This document shows positions 9,242 through 17,500 of a stretch of DNA of 64,000 nt, in pieces; the stretch's first letter is position 1, and the number at the start of each line of letters is the position of its first letter. This DNA comes from Roseibacillus sp. Its GTDB lineage: Bacteria; Verrucomicrobiota; Verrucomicrobiia; Verrucomicrobiales; Akkermansiaceae. The notes beneath the pieces are model-generated. The model did no database searches. It worked only from the letters and a program-made list of their open reading frames with translations, and had not been told where the DNA came from. Made by a program: the position numbers and the translations under genes. The DNA lies in the NCBI GenBank assembly GCA_965242925.1, contig CBDEUM010000014.1, positions 64,001 to 128,000 of the forward strand. Direction: 5' to 3'.

Positions 9242-10002
9242 TTCGTTTTCTGTGAGTTTCGTCTGAAGAGGAGGCGAATGCCCAGCAATGTGAGGACGAT
9301 CACCGCAAACCCGGTCAGATCAACGAGGAAGCGTCCAACCTTTCCCAGGAGGCTTCCACTATGCAGGTCCGTGATCACCCGCGACCAGGTGAAATCGGCA
9401 TTCTCCACGAGAGTCTCCTGCAGGGAGGCCTTCTCCTCCAGCCCGGCCCGCGGCGCATTCCATGCCACCACACTCTCCGCGGGGGCGGTCTCAAAATCGA
9501 GGAACTCCTCGCCCAGGAGGTGGTGGCCGGCAGCGGTCTCCAGGTGCACCCGGTGGGACTCATCAAGACCAATCTTTTCGATAGGGACGGCGGGAAGAGA
9601 CTCCTCGCCCAGCCTGTCCAGATACTCTCCCTGCGCATCGTAGACGAACAGCTCCCCGGTAGTGGCAATCACCAGTTCGCCCGGCCGGGCCACGGCCCCG
9701 ACCAGGGTGCCACTCTCCTCCAGGATCCTGTCGTCCACGAAAAGCATCCCGCCCCAACCGGCTACCATGAAGCGTCCGGCGGAGGTCGTTACCGGATCGA
9801 CATCAGGAATCTGGTCATACAGCCTCAGGAGCGAGGCCGACTTCACCATCTTCTGGTCGAGACCAAGGGTATCCTGGTGCTGCAGGAGCAGGCCGGACAC
9901 CATGAGCCAGAGCAGAGGCAGCGCGAAAACAGCGCCTATCGAGCGATGCCATCGACGTAGTCCCCTCTTCGGACGCTTTTTCCTGGGCCGCTCCTCGCTC
10001 AT
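9238..10002 (-). CDS. PepSY-associated TM helix protein (putative haem b membrane reductase)
   Basis: RRWHRSIG...SGLLLQH and DLHSGSLLG with conserved His; 4 bp overlap with apbE. Confidence 0.85.
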   Translation of the reverse strand: MSEERPRKKRPKRGLRRWHRSIGAVFALPLLWLMVSGLLLQHQDTLGLDQKMVKSASLLRLYDQIPDVDPVTTSAGRFMVAGWGGMLFVDDRILEESGTLVGAVARPGELVIATTGELFVYDAQGEYLDRLGEESLPAVPIEKIGLDESHRVHLETAAGHHLLGEEFLDFETAPAESVVAWNAPRAGLEEKASLQETLVENADFTWSRVITDLHSGSLLGKVGRFLVDLTGFAVIVLTLLGIRLLFRRNSQKTK

Positions 10003-10008
10003 CGCAAA

Positions 10009-10524
10009 TCACCTGGGTCGAACCTGGTCCAAGTAGAGGGCCACCCTCCCCATTTCGGTCAAGGCCCTGGTCGACAACGTCGCTCCTGCAATGTTGTTGA
10101 TACGGCTACTGAGTTTTCCGTTCGAACCAAGGGTTCCTCCCTTGAACTGGTTGGTAAAGGAGGTCCGCCTGACTTCAGCCCCGATCGTCTCCCGGTAGAT
10201 CAATAGCCTCACCTGCTCGATCTTTCCTCCACTCACCACGTATCCCGTGGTGATCGGCTGGGTCTTCCCGACCTTCTCCAGAATGATTACCATGCGCCTG
10301 CCGGACATCCAGTAACGGACCTTGGAGGGCCGGTACTCATGGCCCAGCAGACGCTTGATACGGCTCTGGTCGACCGCCGTGAGGGTGAGCATCCTGGTGG
10401 GCGGAATCTGTCCCCCACAAGCCGACCGGATGAATTCGGAGGGCTTCTGGTACACCGTAGTCGCCGCCATCCCGGAAAGGGAGGCGGCGACCAGGGTTAT
10501 GAGTGTTAAAACGCGTAGCAACAC
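10009..10524 (-). CDS. Exported FMN-binding domain protein (likely ApbE substrate)
   Basis: Signal peptide, GKTQPIT, YRETIGAEV, FTNQFKG, and flavinylation-like motif INNIAGATLS. Confidence 0.88.
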   Translation of the reverse strand: MLLRVLTLITLVAASLSGMAATTVYQKPSEFIRSACGGQIPPTRMLTLTAVDQSRIKRLLGHEYRPSKVRYWMSGRRMVIILEKVGKTQPITTGYVVSGGKIEQVRLLIYRETIGAEVRRTSFTNQFKGGTLGSNGKLSSRINNIAGATLSTRALTEMGRVALYLDQVRPR

Positions 10525-10538
10525 GCTGTGCTCAACAA

Positions 10539-11621
10539 TTAAAAGCTGTAACCCATTCCGAGGTTGAAGGAATCATTTCCGTCCTCGTCAGTGTAGTCGC
10601 CCTTGAAGACGACATGATCGACAGGCCAGTAATTGACCCCCACCGAAACCGAATCGATCTCACCACCACCAGTGTCCCATTCATGATAGCGCGCAAAGAC
10701 CCCCATCTTGCCGTTGCCGATATCGAAGCCGTAGGAAGGCTCGATGTAGTATCCCCATTGCTCATCCTTGCCGGCTGCTGCTGCGGCGGCGCCATCAATA
10801 TCCCAGCTTGCAACCAGCCCGCGCAGGCGGAAAGCGCCCATCTGGACATCAGCCGTCGCACCAAGGAGCAGGGCCGAGGCATCGGCTCCCCCACCCTGCG
10901 AAATATCAGACTGATAGTTGGCGAAGGCGGAGACATTAACCCCGGAGAGGCCACTGTAGGTGACGCGGGCCGTAGCGGCGGCGTCTTCGGCCACTGCCTT
11001 GGCAACCTTCTGACGTCCGCCGCGGATGCTGAAGGCATCCGTCTTCAGTCCGGAGTGCACTGCAAGATCCCACGAGAGACCGCCCTCGGTGCTTTTGGAC
11101 AGGGCCAGACCGGCCTCCCACCAGGTTGACGGAATAATATTCTTCTCAACCGGATTGCGCTCAACCCCGTAGAAGGTATCCGGCTCGTGTCTCTCATTGA
11201 GGGTCCCCACGGGAACCAGGAAGAGACCGGCCTTCAGGTGCATCCCGCCATCGAAGGCCATGTCGATGTAGGCCTGCTCCAGCTCCACCTCCCCGGGCTT
11301 GCCGTCTCCCGAAAGAGAGTGCTCCAGCTCCAATTCCGAGTTGAGGGTGATGCGGTCGTTGAAACGATGGTTGACGAAAAGTACCCAGCGGTGGAAGTCG
11401 ATCGCGTTGTCCTTGTCGCTATTCAGGTTGAGGTGCAACTCGCCGTAGCCCCCCAAAGTGGTACGCTCAAACCAGTTGTTACCACCATAGTTGGTGCTGC
11501 CATTGTTATAGGCTTCGTCAATGGCCTCTTCCCCTTTCGCTGTCACTTGTGCGAAAGCTGCCAGGATTCCAAGGCCAAGGATAAGAGGCCTAGAGGCCCG
11601 CCGGATCTTAGTAGTTCTCAT
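10539..11621 (-). CDS. Outer-membrane porin (OprO/OprP-like beta-barrel)
   Basis: Signal peptide, LGGYGELH, DFHRWVLF, SELELEH, VELEQAYID, HEPDTFYGVERNPVE, C-terminal GYSF. Start moved to ATG 11621. Confidence 0.85.
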   Translation of the reverse strand: MRTTKIRRASRPLILGLGILAAFAQVTAKGEEAIDEAYNNGSTNYGGNNWFERTTLGGYGELHLNLNSDKDNAIDFHRWVLFVNHRFNDRITLNSELELEHSLSGDGKPGEVELEQAYIDMAFDGGMHLKAGLFLVPVGTLNERHEPDTFYGVERNPVEKNIIPSTWWEAGLALSKSTEGGLSWDLAVHSGLKTDAFSIRGGRQKVAKAVAEDAAATARVTYSGLSGVNVSAFANYQSDISQGGGADASALLLGATADVQMGAFRLRGLVASWDIDGAAAAAAGKDEQWGYYIEPSYGFDIGNGKMGVFARYHEWDTGGGEIDSVSVGVNYWPVDHVVFKGDYTDEDGNDSFNLGMGYSF

Positions 11622-11695
11622 TTTCAGTTTGTCGGATTGGTTACCCGCAAAGAGCGGTGCCAGTTGAGGCTCTCTCAAAAGCCTGGAAAGTTATT

Positions 11696-11714
11696 AATGA
11701 GAATGAGTCTCATC
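11696..11714. promoter_or_regulatory. Fur-box-like operator upstream of the porin-ApbE operon
   Basis: aaTGAGAAT-G-AGTCTCAtc is a 7-1-7 inverted repeat one mismatch from TGAGAATnATTCTCA, 75 bp upstream of the porin start. Confidence 0.7.
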
Positions 11715-12057
11715 AGCAAGAGGTTTCTCTGAATCCTCCAATTTAAGTCATAAGTTACTTAATTTAAGTTTTTTATATATCGCGTTAGAGCGGTCGTTCT
11801 CCCGCTTTAATCCTCAATTATCGCGCGATCTCTCGAAAATTCGGTTTCCCAGGCCCGCTTGGGCAGCTCCGCTTCTTTCGTCCCGGATTATTCCATTCCA
11901 CCCGGAGCCCGCCGGAAAGGCGCTAATACATGCAATACCGGGCTCGGTGCGAACCCTTCGAGGATGAACACGGGCATTTTCAGCATCCTGCACTTTAACC
12001 ATCGGTCATCTCTCTGTTTTCCCTTCCGCTTCATTCATCCCCTCCCAGAATGACCGC

Positions 12058-13242
12058 ATGCCTCGCCCGCTCGCCACCTTGCTCGCCGCCTCTGTTCTCT
12101 GCTCCCTCGCTCAGGCGGAAAACAAGCCCTCCCTGCGCCGGGGCGGTTATTTCAAGCCGGAGCAGGGGAAGGCCGAACTGGATCGCATCACCAGGAAGAT
12201 CCCCGACTTGGAGACGTGGAAAAAACGTCGCGCCGCAGTTCGGCAGGGCATCCTGGAAGGGGCCGCCCTGCATCCCCTCCCCCGCCGGACACCCCTCAAC
12301 CCGCTCCGCCACTCCAAGCGCAGCCACCCCGGCTACACGGTCGAAAACGTGGCCCTTGAAACTGCACCCGGCCTCTTCCTCTGCGGAAACCTCTACCTCC
12401 CTTCCAACCCCTCGGAGAACATGGCCGCCATCCTCTGTCCCCACGGCCACGCCCGGGACCCGAACTACACCAAGGAGGGACGCCTCCGACCGGAGATGCA
12501 GTACCGCTGCGCCACCCTTGCCCGCATGGGGGCTGCTGTTTTTTCCTATGACATGGTCGGCTATTCTGATTCCCGCAAGCAGGGATGGAATCACAATCAC
12601 GGGGACCAGGTCCTGCGCCTCCAGTGCTGGAACAGCATCCGGGCCGTCGACTTCATGCTCTCCCTGCCCAGAGTCGACCCCGGGCGGGTGGGCGTAACGG
12701 GGGCCTCCGGCGGCGGCACCCAGACCTTCCTTCTCACCGCCCTCGATGATCGCATCGCGGCGGCTGCTCCATGCGTCATGGTCTCCGCCCACTTCTACGG
12801 CGGCTGCGGTTGCGAGAGTGGCGTGCCCATCCACGTGCGCCCCCATCACATCACCAACAATACCGAGATCGCGGCCCTCTGTGCCCCCCGTCCCATGCTG
12901 CTCATCTCCTGCGGTGGCGACTGGACCGCCCACACCCCCAGGGTCGAATTCCCCTTCGTCCAGCGCATCTACGAATTCTACGGCAGGAGAAACCTGGTGG
13001 AAAATGCCCACCTCTCCAAGGAGAACCACGACTATGGCGAGTCCAAGCGGCAACCCATGTATGACTTCTTCGCCAGACACCTGAAACTCGACCGCAGCAG
13101 GTGGAAAACCGCGGACGGAACAAAAATGGACGAATCGAAAGTCGTTATCGAGTCCCACCAGACCCTGCAGGTGTTCACCGAAAAGCATCCTCTCCCCAGG
13201 CACGCCCTCAAGGCGAACTCCAGAGTGGAACTGCCGCGCTGA
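12058..13242 (+). CDS. Secreted alpha/beta-hydrolase, acetylxylan-esterase-like
   Basis: Signal peptide, GYTVENV, LCPHGH, YDMVGY, nucleophile elbow GVTGASGGG, HDYG. Confidence 0.85.
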   Translation: MPRPLATLLAASVLCSLAQAENKPSLRRGGYFKPEQGKAELDRITRKIPDLETWKKRRAAVRQGILEGAALHPLPRRTPLNPLRHSKRSHPGYTVENVALETAPGLFLCGNLYLPSNPSENMAAILCPHGHARDPNYTKEGRLRPEMQYRCATLARMGAAVFSYDMVGYSDSRKQGWNHNHGDQVLRLQCWNSIRAVDFMLSLPRVDPGRVGVTGASGGGTQTFLLTALDDRIAAAAPCVMVSAHFYGGCGCESGVPIHVRPHHITNNTEIAALCAPRPMLLISCGGDWTAHTPRVEFPFVQRIYEFYGRRNLVENAHLSKENHDYGESKRQPMYDFFARHLKLDRSRWKTADGTKMDESKVVIESHQTLQVFTEKHPLPRHALKANSRVELPR

Positions 13243-13254
13243 CCTGACGGAACC

Positions 13255-14172
13255 CTACTCCGTCCCCTTCCAGTCCCGCCACAGCCACCGCATGGTGTCG
13301 GGGAAGATCGCACCCCCGTGCTTTCCGTTGTGGCTGCCCTCGCCCCAGACCGCCCTGTGGTCATACTTCCTGAACTGGAGAGCCTTCTCCATCTGCAGAT
13401 TGCCCAACCACCAGTTGCCGTGGGCATTGTCCAGGTCGTTGGAACCATCCTGCAGGAAGACACGCAGCGGTTTGTTCTCCGTCTTGCGGATAAGGGCCGG
13501 ATAGACGTGCCCCCCCCGGATGTTGGTAAAACTTCCGATATGGCTGACCACCTTGCGAAAGAGATCGGGACGTTCCCAGGCGGCCGTAAAGGCACAGATT
13601 CCACCCGAACTCATCCCGCAGATCGCCCGCATGGCAGGATCGTTGGTGAGCTTGTGGGATTTCCCCACCTCCGCAAGGATCTCCTTCTCGAGAAAGGTCA
13701 CGTAGTCAGCGCTCAGCGAGTCGTATTCCACGCTGCGGTTTCTTTTCACGCCCGGGGGGGCTTTCCACCCCTGCCGCCCGTCGAGCTTGTCGGTAAAGAG
13801 TCCTGGATTGAGGAAAATCCCGATCGTAACCGGCATCTCGCCCCTGTGGATCAGATTATCAAAGACGATCGGCACGCGAATGTCACCCACCTCATCCACG
13901 TAGGCATGTCCATCCTGGAAGATCATCACCGCCGCCGCCTTGCTCCCGTCGTAGTGGGCGGGCACGTATAAATACCACTGCCGCAGCGTCCCCTGGAGGA
14001 TTCTGCTCTTCCACTCGTGACGAGTGACCTTTCCCCGGGGCACTCCATCCTGGCGCCTTGAGTCGGGACCATGAGCAAAGGTGGAATTTCCGGGGTTGCC
14101 CTCCTGGCCCGAAGCGAGGAGGGGCAGGCTGCAGCACAACGCGAGCAGGAATGGGAAAGAGAGGCGGGTCAT
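13255..14172 (-). CDS. Secreted esterase, Fes/enterochelin-esterase-like alpha/beta-hydrolase
   Basis: GVPRGKV, YVPAHYDG, MIFQDG, NRSVEYD, GMSSGG, SHIGSF. Start moved to ATG 14172, where a signal peptide begins. Confidence 0.87.
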   Translation of the reverse strand: MTRLSFPFLLALCCSLPLLASGQEGNPGNSTFAHGPDSRRQDGVPRGKVTRHEWKSRILQGTLRQWYLYVPAHYDGSKAAAVMIFQDGHAYVDEVGDIRVPIVFDNLIHRGEMPVTIGIFLNPGLFTDKLDGRQGWKAPPGVKRNRSVEYDSLSADYVTFLEKEILAEVGKSHKLTNDPAMRAICGMSSGGICAFTAAWERPDLFRKVVSHIGSFTNIRGGHVYPALIRKTENKPLRVFLQDGSNDLDNAHGNWWLGNLQMEKALQFRKYDHRAVWGEGSHNGKHGGAIFPDTMRWLWRDWKGTE

Positions 14173-14514
14173 CTGGCAAAACGACAGATTCCCCTGTCGC
14201 GCTGCCCTTTTACTGTGATCATGCCCGATCACACTGAAAAAATTCGGAGGCGCTCCGGGGGCAAAACCCCGCAATTTTCGCTCTTCGACAATATCCGCAC
14301 ACGTGGTCCACCCGCCTGCCCGGCGCCGGATTCAGAGACCCTTCCCGCCCCCATGAGGCCTTCGCCAATTTTCTACACAAAAGATCGCAACTGGTCCGCT
14401 AAAAAAGTAGCATTTAGATCGTAACCCTTACCCCGCAGAAAGCGAAAAGCAATCTCCTCTTGGCACCAGCGAGGTGTTATTGCTCGCTCAAATCGAACAA
14501 AACTCAGCAACAAC

Positions 14515-17500
14515 ATGAAGAAGCTGCTCCCTCTCTCCGCCCTGCTGACCCTCACCACCGCTCCACTTCCGGCGGAACCGGCCCTCCACCTCAGCACCTC
14601 CACCCTCACTCCCACCACCACCCTCAAGCTCAGTTTCGAGAAGGCGATGGTGGCTGACGACCAGGTGGGCACCACCGGGCCCAACGAGATACTGAAGATT
14701 GAACCTCCCCTGGCGGGCGACTTGAAATGGATCGAACCCAACGTGGCCCTCTTCGAGCGCAAGGGTATTCCGGCCCTCGCCACCTCCTATCAATTCTCCC
14801 TGCCCTCCGGCTTCAACCACCTTGATGGAACTGTCATTCCGGAAATCAGCCTCCAAACCGTCCGGACCGCCCCCTTCCACTACCAGACCGGCTACTGGCG
14901 CGGCAACACGCGGCAGCCCGATTACTTCCTGCGGTTCAACGACGCCATCGATCCCGCCGCGGTCACCGGCAAACTGCATTTCGTCGACAAGAAGGGCAAC
15001 ACCGTGGCCGCCACAGTCCGCCAGGGCATCTACCGGGACGTCAAGAACAGCCGGGCCCTCGGTCCCACCTGGGAGCAAAGTTTCCAGTCCTGGAAGGCCC
15101 CGGATATCACCAACCTGGACCCGGGAACCGAAATTCCTGTCGCCATCACGGTATCCCCGATCCACCCCCTGCCCGTGGGCGAAAGCTGGAAGCTGGTGCT
15201 TGAACGCGGAATCACGAACAAGTCCACCGGGGCATCCACCGTGAAAGCCATTGAGCGCTGGATCGGCTCGGTGACCAAGTTCGAGGTCGCCTCCATCCAG
15301 GCCGTCACCCGCGTCGATGCCAAACCCTATATCAGCATCGGGCTCTCCAAGAAACTCCCCGAGGACGTCAAGGCCTCTGATCTCGCCCGGTTCATCCAGA
15401 TCGATCCGATTCCCGCCAACATGGAACTGGAGGCCGGCCGCAGCCTGATCTCCATCAAGGGCGACTTTCCCCACCGCTCGAAATGGAAGGTCACCATCAA
15501 ACACGGCATGACCGCCTTTGACGGATTGGCCATGCTCGAGTCCAAGAGTGAAGCGATCCGCTTCCGACATCTCACTCCCGTCCTGGCCGCCCCCAGCTAC
15601 GCCGCCGCCCAGCTGGCCATCGGAAGCCGCACCTACAGGATGGAGACCGTCAACATCGCGCAGGCCCGCATCCGGGCCAAGCGCCTGACTGGCGAGGATG
15701 CGGTGCGGGCGTTCCAGGGCTACCGCCATTACAGCGGAGATGGCCCCGATAAGGAGCGCATCAAGGAACGTCATACCATCCCCTGGTCCCTGGTGGCAGG
15801 CGAAGCGGTCTACGACGAGACCGTCACGCTCACCAACGCTCACGACACCACTGCACCCATCGAGATCAAGTGGGATGAAGTCCTCGGGGCTGGCAAGGCG
15901 AACGGCCTCCTCTTCCTCTCCATCGAAGCAGAACCCAAGGAAGGAATGGAAGATCCGTTCCGGAAGAAGAAGCTCACCCAGGTCTTCATGCAGCTCACCG
16001 ATATCGGCCTGGCCTGGAAGATCAACGGGGACAGCGCCTTCATCTACGCCTACTCCTGCAACACCGGTCAACCCCTCGCCAACGTGACCCTCGACGTCTT
16101 CGGCGAGGACGCCGGGGCCCTGCAATCCGCCCAGACCAACGAGTCCGGAGTGGCACTCCTCCCCCGAACCATGATCCAGCGCCATCTGCGAGCCTCCCTT
16201 GGCCGGGACAGCATGATCATCGACTTCGACCGCAGTCTCCCCACCGTCTCCATGTGGCGCTTCCCCATCAATACCGAGTGGGATCCTCAACTCCCCGACA
16301 AGCGCACGGCCCTCCTCTTCACGGATCGCACCCTCTATCGTCCCGGCGAGCAGGTCCATCTCAAGGGCATCGTGCGCCGCATCAAAGACAACCGCAGTAT
16401 ATTCGATACCGGCAAAGGGGCCCAACTCGTGATCCGGGATTCATCCAGCCGCATCCTCAAGGAACGGGACATCACGCTCTCCGACAGGGGCAGCTTCGAT
16501 CACAGCTTCACCCTGCCGGCCCGGACCGTGGGATATTTCCGTCTGGAACTGCTCTGGCCCGATGAAATCGCGGCCGCCGAGGAGATGGACAACTGGCACA
16601 CCAGGAGAGCCCACCGCAACAGTGCCCGTTTCGTCCACAACATCACGGTGCAGGAGTTCCGCCGCAACGCCTTCGAGACGAAGGCCGGATTCGTGGACTC
16701 CGGGAGCACCGACAAGGTGACCCTTGCACTCAAGGCCAGCTACTTCCAGGGACAACCGGTCGCCGAAGCTGCCGTGGAGTGGTTTTATCGCAGCCGGGAA
16801 GCGGGATTCTACCCCGCCCGGTTCCGCGACTACCTCTTCTGTGACCACCGCTCCTACGACGCCTACTACTGGTCTCACTACTTCGGCTACGGTGAAGGAT
16901 CCTATCGCCGGTCCTTCGGGACCAGGAATGGAACCACCACCCTTGACCAGGATGGTTTCGCGAGCCTCACCTTCGACCTCGCGGAGATCGATTTCCCCTC
17001 CCCCCGCACGGTGAGCGTGACGAGTGAAATACGCGACCAACGCAATCAGACCCTCTCCGACAAAGCCGCCACCACCGTGCACAGCTCGGATTACTACGTG
17101 GGCCTTTCCCGCCTCGACAAGCTTGTGCGGGTGGGCGACGAGATCGGGCTGCATGCCGTGGCGGTGAGCGCCGACGGCAAACCGCTCACCGGTGATCCGG
17201 TTGAATTCACTTTCAGGGTCGAGCGTGAAATCCACGAGCAGATCAAGACCAGGACCGCAAGCGGAACGATCGCGGTGCGCAACGAAAAGAGGATCGAAAC
17301 CGTCATCGGGAACCAGCCCTTCCGGATCAACCCCGGAGAGGCTGCCGGCGGCGGCTCTGCCCTGCCCTTCAAACCCGAGCACGCGGGGAACTATATCCTC
17401 ACCCTGTCCGGAAGCGACCCCAGGGGGCGCCCCATCCGCACCGCCGTCACCCAGCGTGTCTACGGCTCCAAGGAATACCCCTGGGCCTACGAGAACGGAA

